The notes under the pieces were generated by a model. That model was not told the DNA's origin, made no database searches, and saw only the letters and a program-made list of their open reading frames with translations. The position numbers and the translations under genes are program-made. Source: a virus (taxonomy: Duplodnaviria > Caudoviricetes). Taken from it: a stretch of 61,516 bases of DNA. Positions 35,596 to 44,324 of this stretch are shown here, piece by piece; the first letter of the stretch is position 1; every line of letters starts with the position of its first letter. The stretch spans positions 1 to 61,516 of IMG/VR virus record IMGVR_UViG_3300036045_000009; one strand, written 5' to 3'.

Positions 35596-36592
35596 TGATG
35601 CTGCGCAGGTACGCGAGTGCGTCGTTCACACGGTTCAGCGGCAGCGACTCGATGCTGTCGATCCTGAACTTGTGCAGGAAGTCGGTCTCCAGCACGCCGC
35701 TCGCGTCGATCAGTTTCTGGATCTCGCCGACTGGAACGACGTTTGGAGGCGGGGCCGTTTTTGGTGCGGCCTGTGCCGGTGCCTCGCCTTTCTGAACGGC
35801 AGCCGGGGCATCAGTCGCTGGCTTCGCCTTCGGTGCTTCCGTCTCTTTCGGCGCGAAGGCAAGCTCGATGGTCGTCTCGCCGTCCTTCACCGCCGTGATA
35901 AGGCCCTTGAGCGTCGCGAGCTCGTCGAGTCCGATGTCCTCCGCGCCCTTCACGCCGAGCGTGGCAAACACCATGTCGGCTGTCGCGCCCATTTTCTGCA
36001 GGTACGCGAGCGCATCGGTTCGCTTGTTCGCGAGCGTTTTGACATCGCCAACCGCAGCGCGGCGCGCGGACTCGTAGATGTCATTCCAGAATGCCTTCGG
36101 CACGCCCTTGAATACGGCATTGCGAAGCGCGATGGAGCACGCGGCGTTGCCTGTCACGCCGATCATGTCGGCGTTGTACCGCTTGCCCTTGCTGTCGGTG
36201 ATGCGCCGGCGGACCTCGTACGTGATCGAGACGTTGCGCTGCAGGTCGTGGAACACGCCCTGGGCGGTGATGAAGTCCGCGCCCTCGTCGACGATGCGAG
36301 CTCCGGCGCGGCAGTTGCCCCACGCGCTCGCCACGATTTCGGCGAGGCGCGCGCTCGGGCCCTCGATGGTCTTGCCGGAGCGTGGCAGCGCGTAGAAGCA
36401 CTCGCTGGCGACCTTCTCATTGAGCGTCGCCATTTCCATGCACTCATTGACGAACGCCTTCAAACTGCGCGGGAAGGCGCGCGCGGTGGCGATCTGCTGG
36501 TCGAGTTCGGCCTTCGATATGAGAGCCAGGACGCCGGCTTTGACTTCGGTGGCCTCGACTTCGCGCTCGACGTCCGTGGCTTTAGCGTTCAT
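35585..36592 (-). CDS. Putative single-strand annealing recombinase
   Basis: IATARAFPRS, CFYALPR, IEGPSARLAE, WGN; next to the exonuclease. Confidence 0.7.
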   Translation of the reverse strand: MNAKATDVEREVEATEVKAGVLALISKAELDQQIATARAFPRSLKAFVNECMEMATLNEKVASECFYALPRSGKTIEGPSARLAEIVASAWGNCRAGARIVDEGADFITAQGVFHDLQRNVSITYEVRRRITDSKGKRYNADMIGVTGNAACSIALRNAVFKGVPKAFWNDIYESARRAAVGDVKTLANKRTDALAYLQKMGATADMVFATLGVKGAEDIGLDELATLKGLITAVKDGETTIELAFAPKETEAPKAKPATDAPAAVQKGEAPAQAAPKTAPPPNVVPVGEIQKLIDASGVLETDFLHKFRIDSIESLPLNRVNDALAYLRSINAR

Positions 36593-36846
36593 GCGGCCTC
36601 CGCTTCGTTCGCCACGCTTCCCGGCGGCTCGACCAGTTGCTCCGGAAAGCTCGAAGCATCGGAGAAGATGGTGCCGCCGCTCTTGCCGAGCGTGAACAGG
36701 TCGTCTTGGCTCGCGATCTCCACCTTCACCAATGCGCCTGTGATGAGGTTGATCGCCTGGGCGCGGTTCTTGGCGCGCACGAGGATCGGGCCGGCGAACC
36801 GCGTCGTGCCCGTGGTGATGTCGACTCGATAAATGCGTGTGCTCAT
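36589..36846 (-). CDS. Hypothetical protein
   Basis: LVRAKNRAQAI...VEIASQDDL small phage protein pattern; RBS present. Confidence 0.6.
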   Translation of the reverse strand: MSTRIYRVDITTGTTRFAGPILVRAKNRAQAINLITGALVKVEIASQDDLFTLGKSGGTIFSDASSFPEQLVEPPGSVANEAEAA

Positions 36847-36860
36847 GTCCGTCTTCCTGT

Positions 36861-37214
36861 TCAGGGGGTAAAAAGTCTTTCCACATGCGCGCCCACACGA
36901 GCCACAGCCACTTGGACGTAATCGCGCAACTGCTCGATAGGGATACCGATGACGCGCGCAGCGGTTTCTCCGCTGCATCGGCGCATGGCGGACCAGTCGC
37001 CGCGGTGCTGGAAGTATTCGCTCACGACTCGCAGCGCCGCCGCCTCGTTGACGTTGAGTTGCGTCGAAACAAGCCGATGGGCCAATACGCTGAATGCGCC
37101 GGCAAGCATTGCCTGCGCGGCGTCCGGTTTGCTCGTGGACAGCGACTCCAACTGATGAATCGAGCCGAGCGCGACGAGCAACGGGATTTCGCCGATCACT
37201 TCCGTGGATTTCAT
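36861..37214 (-). CDS. Hypothetical protein
   Basis: Helical ORF in the early operon. Confidence 0.5.
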   Translation of the reverse strand: MKSTEVIGEIPLLVALGSIHQLESLSTSKPDAAQAMLAGAFSVLAHRLVSTQLNVNEAAALRVVSEYFQHRGDWSAMRRCSGETAARVIGIPIEQLRDYVQVAVARVGAHVERLFTP

Positions 37215-37215
37215 G

Positions 37216-37386
37216 TCAGACCTTCCCCGCCGCACCAGGCGGCGTACGAAGTGTGGCGGGATCAGGCGCGCCCAATTGCTTGCGATAGCGCGACTCCCGC
37301 GCGTACCAGCCGAGCCACAACCCGGCGACGAACGCGACTATGGCGACCACGATGGCGTGCACGTACGCGTCGGCAAGGGAGATCAC
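37216..37386 (-). CDS. Small single-pass membrane protein (56 aa; not in the ORF track)
   Basis: AIVVAIVAFVAGLWLGWY TM segment; coupled GTG start. Confidence 0.55.
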   Translation of the reverse strand: MISLADAYVHAIVVAIVAFVAGLWLGWYARESRYRKQLGAPDPATLRTPPGAAGKV

Positions 37387-37547
37387 GTCGCGCGCTCCTC
37401 GGCCAGCGCGCGCTCGACCTGCTCACGATGCTCTTTCGCCCACCGCTCATGTATTTCGCGGGTCTCGCGTTCGTGCTCAGGGCACAGGTGCAGCCATTCG
37501 TGGTCACGGTACTTGCAGCCGCAGGGTTCGGTGACGGGGCGGGTCAT
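37383..37547 (-). CDS. Small Cys/His protein
   Basis: PCGC...LCPEH; GGAG RBS. Confidence 0.5.
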   Translation of the reverse strand: MTRPVTEPCGCKYRDHEWLHLCPEHERETREIHERWAKEHREQVERALAEERAT

Positions 37548-37996
37548 GTGTTTCTCTCCATCACTATCAGCCCGCCTTTCGTGCGTCCGCATCTGCCCCA
37601 ACCGGCGGCGATAAAGCAAAAGCCAGGATTCCTTGAGGCGATCCGCGCCGGATCGACGTAGGTGTAATGCCGGCGATCAGACCAGAGACAATCAGCAATC
37701 TGATCCGCCTGTCGTATAAGTTCCGAGCTGCGATGTGCTGACTCGTTGCGGAACGCCGCGCAGTTGATGCCTGCCTGCCGCTCTCCGGTGCGCGTGTCGA
37801 TGCAGTCGTCGACGAATCGACGCCAAACCCAGAAGGCGTTACCGTGCTCGGTGCGCAGGACGACTTTCTCGCCGGGGCCGGCGAACAGTTTTCGCGCGCG
37901 TCCGTCGGCGTAGCGGTAGGCGCTGTAGTGACGCTCGTAGAGTGCGAGGCAATCACGGTCGCCGTCCTTCGTGAGCCACCAAAGCGGTGTCGACAC
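37544..37996 (-). CDS. Mom-like GNAT-fold DNA-modification protein
   Basis: RHYS near the N-terminus, YTYVD, NPGFCFIAAGW..CGRTKG resemble the Mom-type signature. Confidence 0.55.
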   Translation of the reverse strand: MSTPLWWLTKDGDRDCLALYERHYSAYRYADGRARKLFAGPGEKVVLRTEHGNAFWVWRRFVDDCIDTRTGERQAGINCAAFRNESAHRSSELIRQADQIADCLWSDRRHYTYVDPARIASRNPGFCFIAAGWGRCGRTKGGLIVMERNT

Positions 37997-38168
37997 GCGA
38001 TCCCTCCCTCAGTGCCGCCGCCACGGTCTGCGCGAATCGCAGCACGGCCTCGCGCGTGCGCAGGGCCAAGTCGTCCGGGCCCACGGTGTACTCGCGGTGC
38101 AGTTCGGTGAGATACGCCACGTTCGGCTGGCCGAGTGCGTCGAGATTCGTGAGAGCGTCGGCGCTCAT
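37953..38168 (-). CDS. Hypothetical protein
   Basis: Coupled early ORF. Confidence 0.5.
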   Translation of the reverse strand: MSADALTNLDALGQPNVAYLTELHREYTVGPDDLALRTREAVLRFAQTVAAALREGSRVDTALVAHEGRRP

Positions 38169-38419
38169 GGCTTCGCCTTCATGAGTACAGCGCTGGCGTC
38201 CCTGCACCAGTCAAGCAGTGCAGGCACCAGCGGATCGTCCGCGTTCATGTGCGGCACAAGGTCCAAAGCCGTGACGAGCAGCGCGTGCATGTCTGGCGCG
38301 GTGGAGATCAGGCGGGCGTTGGCTTTCGCATTCGCGCCTTTGGCAACTATGTAACCGTCTGGAAGATCAACGTGCAGGTCAGCGAACTGCCACGGCCCCG
38401 GCGTGAACGCGGCGCTCAT
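38165..38419 (-). CDS. Conserved small phage protein
   Basis: FTPGPW...ANARLISTAPDM motif. Confidence 0.75.
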   Translation of the reverse strand: MSAAFTPGPWQFADLHVDLPDGYIVAKGANAKANARLISTAPDMHALLVTALDLVPHMNADDPLVPALLDWCRDASAVLMKAKP

Positions 38420-38631
38420 TCGCAGCTCCGCCAGCGGTGGCCCTCGATCACGAACCCGTCGACGCTCGCTGTCGTTTGCAGCGCCGTGCCGTAGCCCATC
38501 GGGTGGTAGTCGTCGAGGTACTTCGATCGCGCTGCCTCCGCCTGCGCAAGCGTGTCGAACTCGCCGCGTACGGTCACGTTGCCGTAGGCGTCGCGCCGTT
38601 CATGCAACACGTTGCGTGTCGCAGCGCTCAC
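38416..38631 (-). CDS. Hypothetical protein
   Basis: YHPMGYGT motif; coupled. Confidence 0.55.
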   Translation of the reverse strand: MSAATRNVLHERRDAYGNVTVRGEFDTLAQAEAARSKYLDDYHPMGYGTALQTTASVDGFVIEGHRWRSCE

Positions 38632-38744
38632 GACCGCCACCACTCGCGCGCGATCGCGACAGCGCCGCAGACACCGACCGCGATCAGCATGGCGATGAAC
38701 GCGAGCGCGGCGACATCGCCGGCAATCATCGGTTCGGTGCTCAC
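38628..38744 (-). CDS. Very small membrane peptide (38 aa)
   Basis: Single hydrophobic helix; fills the gap between coupled genes. Confidence 0.4.
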   Translation of the reverse strand: MSTEPMIAGDVAALAFIAMLIAVGVCGAVAIAREWWRS

Positions 38745-38959
38745 TAGTAGTCCTCCTCGATGACTTCGCCCACGTCCTCCAACTGCTGCCTGCCGTCGCC
38801 GCCGTAGCGCGACCAGCCGCAGTAGCAGAGGTCGAGACCGACGTGCGCCTCGCACTCGAAGCACACGTAGGCGCCGCAGTGGCGATTAAGCGTGATGCCG
38901 GTCGCGCTGCAGGAATCGCAGTCCTTGGTGCTGCGGCGAGGCTCGTCGCTGGCGCTCAT
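38744..38959 (-). CDS. Small zinc-finger protein
   Basis: CDSC, CFEC, CYCGW. Confidence 0.6.
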   Translation of the reverse strand: MSASDEPRRSTKDCDSCSATGITLNRHCGAYVCFECEAHVGLDLCYCGWSRYGGDGRQQLEDVGEVIEEDY

Positions 38960-39144
38960 GGCTGCACCTGCGCGAGGACCCGCCCGAGCTGCTGTGCGTT
39001 CGCCATCGCGCCGCGCTTACGGACGTAGCCCTCTGACGAGGCTCCGATGATCTTTCCGTTCCGCGCGCGCACGCGCCAGCGCCATTCCCGCCGATGGCCT
39101 TTGAGGTAGTAGTTGTAGCGGTAGAACTCGATGCGCGGCGTCAC
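38956..39144 (-). CDS. YegP/DUF1508-like protein
   Basis: WRWRVRARNGKIIGASSEGYVRK signature. Confidence 0.75.
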   Translation of the reverse strand: MTPRIEFYRYNYYLKGHRREWRWRVRARNGKIIGASSEGYVRKRGAMANAQQLGRVLAQVQP

Positions 39145-39335
39145 GACGCCACCTCGACGATCCGAATCGTGTCGCCGATGCTGAGAAGCCATCCCTCGAT
39201 GACCCGGCCGACCGCATCATTTACGGCCTGATCGGGATCGTTCTCGTAGGCGGCGGCATCGAGCGTGAGTTCCTCGCGGTCCAACTCGCCGCCAGGCCCT
39301 TCGAGCACCACCGCGATTCGCTTCGCCGCGCTCAC
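39141..39335 (-). CDS. Hypothetical acidic protein
   Basis: Coupled ORF ending LSIGDTIRIVE. Confidence 0.55.
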   Translation of the reverse strand: MSAAKRIAVVLEGPGGELDREELTLDAAAYENDPDQAVNDAVGRVIEGWLLSIGDTIRIVEVAS

Positions 39336-39778
39336 GACCGCACCGCCTGCGTCAGGACGAGCGCGCCTTTGTTGGCGAGGTAGCACACGCGCTCGACCGC
39401 GGCGTTGAACGCCTCGTCGCCGCAGTGCCAGTCGCTGATGAGGTCCTCTTTGTTGCCGCCGATCAGCAGCACGCCGAGGCTGCCCCAGGCGTCCAGTCGG
39501 TCGCGCTTGGCGAAGTGCAGGGTGCATTCTTCGACGCTGAACACAGAGTCCAGCACTTCCGTCAGCGACATCGGCTTGGGCGCCGGCATCGACGGTACGG
39601 CGTCAGCCTTGATGGTCGCGTTGTCGGCGAGCTGGTATTCCTCGCTATCCCACACAGCGACGGCTACGAAGCCGGCCTTGTCGAGCTCGTGGACCAGTGC
39701 TCTTGTGATGGCGTGCTCGATCGGCGCGCCGTAATTCGGGGCGTAGAGCCCCGGTTCAACAGATGCTGTGGTGTTCAT
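39332..39778 (-). CDS. First gene of the leftward early operon, hypothetical
   Basis: Directly downstream of the PL-like promoter; GNKEDLISDW motif. Confidence 0.65.
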   Translation of the reverse strand: MNTTASVEPGLYAPNYGAPIEHAITRALVHELDKAGFVAVAVWDSEEYQLADNATIKADAVPSMPAPKPMSLTEVLDSVFSVEECTLHFAKRDRLDAWGSLGVLLIGGNKEDLISDWHCGDEAFNAAVERVCYLANKGALVLTQAVRS

Positions 39779-39790
39779 AGAGTGCCCTTC

Positions 39791-39851
39791 TATGCGTTTA
39801 TGCATAGCCATTCTAGGCTTCACGCGAGCAATGTCAATGCATAAATGGCTT
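39791..39851 (-). promoter_or_regulatory. PL-like promoter with three operator sites
   Basis: Minus strand TTGACA (39837-39832), 16 nt, TAGAAT (39815-39810); 16-bp imperfect palindromes at 39791, 39805 and 39836. Confidence 0.8.
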
Positions 39852-39886
39852 GACCTGCTCAGCCGGGCTGCAACAGGGCTTCGAAA

Positions 39887-40156
39887 CTATCGAGACGGGC
39901 GGCGGGTGAAGAGTTCGAGGAGCGCGCCAGCAGCGATGATGAGGCCCAACACGGCGAGCGCCTGAACAGTCGCGCCAAGACTGTCATCGCCGTACGCGGT
40001 GTAGTGCACCACGACAGCCGCTACGGCGAGCGCGCCGACCGCGCGCAGCAGCTCCAAGATCCAGACGAGACGAGCGGGCAGGGCGCCGCGCGAGGTATGC
40101 AGGGCCATCCAGGCGCCTGCGCATGTTATCGCGCCCCAGGCGGCGATACCGATCAC
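39887..40156 (-). CDS. Three-TM membrane protein co-transcribed with the repressor
   Basis: GTG overlaps the repressor stop; three hydrophobic segments. Confidence 0.6.
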   Translation of the reverse strand: MIGIAAWGAITCAGAWMALHTSRGALPARLVWILELLRAVGALAVAAVVVHYTAYGDDSLGATVQALAVLGLIIAAGALLELFTRRPSR

Positions 40157-40827
40157 ACGGGGACCCACTTCCCGATCACGACGCCAATGATCTCGCTGTC
40201 GTGGTCCAGCGCAATGACTTCCGGCCCTGGCCACGCCGGATTCAGTCGGCGCAGGTAGCGGTGCCGACCCTCGACGACGAGCTCGCGGAACAACGCTTCG
40301 CCGCCAACACCGCCGCGAGCGATCACAAGCCTACCGCTCGTGGCGCGCGCATCCGGGTCGCAGAAGATCACGTCGCCATCGACGAAGCGCGGCTGCATGG
40401 AGCCGCCCGACACCTTCAGCGCAAACGTGTGCGGGCCGCAGGAATCCGGGCACGCGAGCCACCGTTCGACGTTCCTCTTCAGGGAATCCATGTCATCGAG
40501 CGCCTGTACTTCGATTGCGGCCCACGACACTAGGGGAACGCGGCGCGAAGGCGACGTGAACTGCGGCACACTGTTACCGTTTTGCGACAACCCCCTAGGC
40601 GGCTCGTCGTAAAAGTGGCCGACCTCGAGACCGAGCGCGTCGGCAATGCGCCGCAAATTGTCAGCGCTCGTGTCAACTTCTGCCCTACGGATCCGCCCGA
40701 TGGTGGTTTGTGCCAGCCCCGCGCGCTTCGCGAGCGCTGCTTGCGTGCGCAACTCCACGTGCGCGTCCATCGCCGCGATCAACCGCTGAGCCACGATCTC
40801 CCGCGGCGGCTGCTTCCTTCTAGCCAT
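40153..40827 (-). CDS. CI-like repressor (XRE HTH plus degenerate S24 domain)
   Basis: TQAALAKRAGLAQTTIGRI HTH; FALKVSGGSM.P.FVDGD S24 pattern; divergent from the cro-like gene. Confidence 0.9.
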   Translation of the reverse strand: MARRKQPPREIVAQRLIAAMDAHVELRTQAALAKRAGLAQTTIGRIRRAEVDTSADNLRRIADALGLEVGHFYDEPPRGLSQNGNSVPQFTSPSRRVPLVSWAAIEVQALDDMDSLKRNVERWLACPDSCGPHTFALKVSGGSMQPRFVDGDVIFCDPDARATSGRLVIARGGVGGEALFRELVVEGRHRYLRRLNPAWPGPEVIALDHDSEIIGVVIGKWVPV

Positions 40828-40892
40828 CTGAGCATCTTGCAATGCGATGTCAGGCACGAGAGACTTGCAGTGTATGCATAAAAGGCTATGAT
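40821..40892 (+). promoter_or_regulatory. PR-like promoter with two operator sites
   Basis: TTGCAG (40865), 16 nt, TATGAT (40887); operators TAGCCATCTGAGCATC (40821) and TATGCATAAAAGGCTA (40873). Confidence 0.75.
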
Positions 40893-40913
40893 CGGCGCTC
40901 CGAAGAGATACCC

Positions 40914-41168
40914 ATGACAGAATTCGACGGCGAGTCGCTGGGTCCAGGCCCCCTTACAGACGGCCTGGAAAACCCGCTCTACGCGAAGGTGCGGACGTTG
41001 CTCGCCGCGCGCCGCGGGCAGTGGACGGTGATCGCGAGGGAGTCTGGGGTCACCTATCACACGCTCGTTCGCATCGCGAACGGGTACGTCGTGAGCCCCG
41101 GCTACCCGAAACTCGCGGCACTGGCGCGGTACCTCGACGCCAATCCCCCGGCAAGCGATGCCGCCTGA
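40914..41168 (+). CDS. Cro-like HTH protein
   Basis: WTVIARESGVTYHTLVRIANG...PGY HTH; divergent from cI. Confidence 0.8.
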   Translation: MTEFDGESLGPGPLTDGLENPLYAKVRTLLAARRGQWTVIARESGVTYHTLVRIANGYVVSPGYPKLAALARYLDANPPASDAA

Positions 41169-41213
41169 CGTGAAAACGCCGTCGCTTGCGCCTGTTTTCC
41201 CTGGGGATCTCTC

Positions 41214-41528
41214 ATGACCCAATCATCGCCGACGGTCGATGCAAGCGCACGGAAGATGGTCTCCACGGTATTGCAGGTGCTGCAAGAGCCGGGGCGCGCG
41301 GTGGCGATTGCAACCGCGCTCGGAGTCTCTGAATCGACAGTTTCTCGCCTGAAAAATGAGCACCTAGAGACCCTGTGCAGCGTGCTCGCGTACGCGGGGC
41401 TCAAACTCGTGCCCGCCGACGCTCACGTCGTCGCGAAGGACAAGATCGAGGCGCTGCTACTGTTCGCCAAGGCCCACCTCGCTAGGGTGGAAAGCGCCGC
41501 CGACCTCACCATCGACAGCGGGCCATGA
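41214..41528 (+). CDS. CII-like transcriptional regulator
   Basis: IATALGVSESTVSRLK...LAYAGLKLVP, lambda CII family pattern and position. Confidence 0.8.
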   Translation: MTQSSPTVDASARKMVSTVLQVLQEPGRAVAIATALGVSESTVSRLKNEHLETLCSVLAYAGLKLVPADAHVVAKDKIEALLLFAKAHLARVESAADLTIDSGP

Positions 41529-41707
41529 GCGAGGGCAGGACCATGCTCCCGCCTCGTTCATCGCTCGACCTCGAAATTGATCGCGCGTGGTGGCTGTTGG
41601 TCACGGCGCCGGACATGGACATCCGCGTGCTCCGAGCTCAACGCATGGCGCGCCTCCGCCGCCTGCGGCTCGAGGCCCCGCCAGCGGCGACGAAAGCCGC
41701 CCCATGA
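41525..41707 (+). CDS. Hypothetical protein
   Basis: ATGA coupling at both ends. Confidence 0.5.
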   Translation: MSEGRTMLPPRSSLDLEIDRAWWLLVTAPDMDIRVLRAQRMARLRRLRLEAPPAATKAAP

Positions 41708-42654
41708 GCGGCTGGATCAAGTTTGAAAAGTCGCTGGTGGAATCGCTGCGCTTCAAGCGATTCGCGAAAGCCCTGTCACGCAGCGTAACGCGTCACGTAA
41801 CGCATGGCGCCATCAGTGACGAAACAGTCGCCATCGGAGGTCTCGCGCGACTGTGGATGTACGCCGACACTCACATCGCCGAGAACAACATTCTTGAAGC
41901 CTCGCTCGACGAGGTAGACGAGATCGCCGGCATTGAGGGATTCGCCCAAGCACTGCCCGTCGACTGGCTTAAGGTCGTCGACGCGAATCACGTCGAACTC
42001 CCGGATTTCCTTGCTCATAACGGCACGTCCGCCCGCATGCGAAAACTTGGTGCCGAGCGCCAAGCCCGCTATCGGCATCGTAGCAAGGATGCGTCACTAC
42101 GCAGTGACGTAACGAGGCGTAACGCGTCACGTAACGCCAGTAACGATGCTAGACCAGACCAGACCATACCAAGACCAGATGTAATAGCAGCGTCCGTTCC
42201 ACATGGAGCAAAGAGCGAATCCCGACTGAGTTTCGAACGTTGCCGATCGACGTACCCGAAGGGGCTGTATACGGGGTCGGCATGGCTGATGGCAGAGCGC
42301 GAGTTCTACCGCCGGATCGACGAGGGCGCGAGCGCCGCCGAGCTCGTGGCAGCCGCCGCTGAGTACGCCCTGCAGCAGGACGCTCTCGGGAACACCGGCA
42401 CGCAGTTCGTGATGTCGCCGGCGAAGTTCTTCAACGGCACCGGGGCGTGGCGCGGGCCCTTTCCGCTGCCGATTGATCCGAAGGCGAGCGAGGCGGGGCG
42501 TGCCCAGGCAGCGAAGGCGAGCGCGCTTGAGCGTGAGGTCGCGGCGGCGCGCGCCATCGGTTGCCCGCTGCAACCCGATCCCGCCGACTGCGCGGAGACG
42601 TATGCGACGCGCGTGCGCCTGTGGCGGCAGGATCAACCGAGGTCGGTCGCGTGA
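41704..42654 (+). CDS. Replication initiator protein (lambda O-like position)
   Basis: MSGWIK start, RLWMYAD, AERQARYR, internal iteron-like repeats, C-terminal YPK...FVMSPAKFFNG. Confidence 0.8.
   Translation: MSGWIKFEKSLVESLRFKRFAKALSRSVTRHVTHGAISDETVAIGGLARLWMYADTHIAENNILEASLDEVDEIAGIEGFAQALPVDWLKVVDANHVELPDFLAHNGTSARMRKLGAERQARYRHRSKDASLRSDVTRRNASRNASNDARPDQTIPRPDVIAASVPHGAKSESRLSFERCRSTYPKGLYTGSAWLMAEREFYRRIDEGASAAELVAAAAEYALQQDALGNTGTQFVMSPAKFFNGTGAWRGPFPLPIDPKASEAGRAQAAKASALEREVAAARAIGCPLQPDPADCAETYATRVRLWRQDQPRSVA
41775..42180. repeat. Putative replication origin iterons
   Basis: Exact 21-mer GCGTAACGCGTCACGTAACGC at 41783 and 42117, extra GTAACG/GTCACG units, AGACC run at 42151-42180. 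Confidence 0.7.
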
Positions 42655-43001
42655 GCGCGTGGAGTCCCGACAGCGGCGAGCAGTTCGATTGGGTGAATCG
42701 GCGCGACCTCGGTATCGCGCGAGCTCAACAGCGCGCAGAGCGCGAGCACGAGGGATGGACAGACCTTGCCGCCGAGTACCTGCGCGACTACTCGACGCGC
42801 GTTGCTCACGGTCAGCCATTTCTGCTTGAGGACGCGCGCGATGCGAGTTACGGGCGCGTGGTGAGGCCGTCGAACGACAAAGCCTGGGGCGCGGCGGTGC
42901 AGCGCGCGGCGAAACGCGGCTGGCTCGCGAAGGCCGGCTATGCGCCGGCGCGGAGCTCGAACGGCAGCCCGAAATGCACGTGGAGGGCGAAGCATGCGTG
43001 A
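42651..43001 (+). CDS. Hypothetical conserved phage protein (possible winged helix)
   Basis: KAWGAAVQRAAKRGW motif; coupled GTG start. Confidence 0.6.
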   Translation: MSAWSPDSGEQFDWVNRRDLGIARAQQRAEREHEGWTDLAAEYLRDYSTRVAHGQPFLLEDARDASYGRVVRPSNDKAWGAAVQRAAKRGWLAKAGYAPARSSNGSPKCTWRAKHA

Positions 43002-43179
43002 CGACGACGAGTTCAACATGGCGCAGCGCCATCGCTTCGGCGACGAGTACGGCGGCCCGCCATTCAGGCCACCCGAGCACAGCCCCCTCGTCGAGGTCCT
43101 GGGCGCGTGCGCGCTGATCGTGCTCGGCGTCGCGTGCCTCGTGCTGCTCGGGCACTTCGCGATTGAGTTGCTGTCGTGA
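42994..43179 (+). CDS. Small membrane protein
   Basis: GGAGG RBS; C-terminal TM segment. Confidence 0.5.
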   Translation: MRDDDEFNMAQRHRFGDEYGGPPFRPPEHSPLVEVLGACALIVLGVACLVLLGHFAIELLS

Positions 43180-43403
43180 ACACGGTCGCGCACGACTTCG
43201 CGAACGAAGCATGGCTCGTCAATCGCCTGGGCAGTTTCGGACACGTGTTTGCCGGCGTCACCGACCGCGAGATCCGCAAGCAGCGAATTCGCGAGGCGAT
43301 TCGCGAAGGCAACCTCGAGCACGCCATCGCCGGCGGCGCGAAGCGCGGATCGCCGGAGACCTTTGCTGATGTGTTCAAATGCCTGTACGGGGAGGACCTG
43401 TGA
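43176..43403 (+). CDS. Hypothetical protein
   Basis: Coupled ORF. Confidence 0.6.
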   Translation: MNTVAHDFANEAWLVNRLGSFGHVFAGVTDREIRKQRIREAIREGNLEHAIAGGAKRGSPETFADVFKCLYGEDL

Positions 43404-43651
43404 AGCGCACGAAACTCACGCTCACGCGGCGCATGGCTCGATTAGAGCGGCGCTTGCAACTCGCGAACAAGGAGGCCCGTCGCCGAACCGCGCTGACTGA
43501 CGCGCATGTCGCTGCGCTACAGAGCGTGCACGAGCACTGCCGCCGCCTCGCGACGCACGTCGAACGGTTGCTCGCCGAGAACCGCGAGTTCAGGGCCGAT
43601 CCACGCTTGTCGTTGTCGAACGGCACGCTGCCCCAAGAGCAGCAGCGATGA
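43400..43651 (+). CDS. Hypothetical coiled-coil protein
   Basis: GGAGG RBS, coupled. Confidence 0.5.
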   Translation: MKRTKLTLTRRMARLERRLQLANKEARRRTALTDAHVAALQSVHEHCRRLATHVERLLAENREFRADPRLSLSNGTLPQEQQR

Positions 43652-43896
43652 GCACGACGAACCAGACGCCGCCCGCAGGCATACGCATCGAGCGCGTCGC
43701 CAACGGCTTCGTCGTGATCCCGGAGGGGTTCGAGCGCAATGCCCCGATGCTTCGCGCCGACACGCTCGTGTTCAACACGCTCGATGACCTGTGCTTGAAG
43801 CTGGAGGCGTGGTGGGGCGACCGAGAGCCGCGCACGCTTCCGCCGGTCAATGCCGCAGTGTTGCAGGCGTGGCGAGACGCAGGGGCGAAGGTATGA
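43648..43896 (+). CDS. Hypothetical protein
   Basis: IRIERVANGFVV...VFNTLDDL pattern. Confidence 0.6.
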   Translation: MSTTNQTPPAGIRIERVANGFVVIPEGFERNAPMLRADTLVFNTLDDLCLKLEAWWGDREPRTLPPVNAAVLQAWRDAGAKV

Positions 43897-44324
43897 CCCT
43901 GCGCATCGGCTCACTGGCCCAATGCTCGCCGGAGCTGCGCGACCGCATCGAGCGCTCGGCGTCAGGCCCGCGCCGCGAGACCCCGCCCTTCGCCCCCTGG
44001 GACCTCACCCGGCGCAACAGCAAGTTCAATGCGAAGAAAGTGCGTGTCGACGGCTTCGTGTTCGACTCCACACTCGAAGCGCGCCGCTACGGCGAGTTGA
44101 AACTGCTTATGCAGGCTGGCGACGTGCGCTGGTTCGCGCTGCAGGCCGTGTTCCTGCTGACTGGCGGCGTCGTGTACAAGGCCGACTTCGTGATCCACTG
44201 GAAGGACGGCACGACGACGGTCGAGGACGCCAAGGGCCTCGATCGGCAGGTGAGCCGCAACAAGCGCAAGCAGGTCCGCGCGCTCTACAACGGGCTCGAG
44301 GTGTTGTTATGGCCGCCCAGGTAG
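43893..44324 (+). CDS. DUF1064 family PD-(D/E)xK endonuclease (resolvase-like)
   Basis: SKFNAKK..VDGFVFDSTLEARRY...YKADF...VEDAKG. Confidence 0.85.
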   Translation: MTLRIGSLAQCSPELRDRIERSASGPRRETPPFAPWDLTRRNSKFNAKKVRVDGFVFDSTLEARRYGELKLLMQAGDVRWFALQAVFLLTGGVVYKADFVIHWKDGTTTVEDAKGLDRQVSRNKRKQVRALYNGLEVLLWPPR

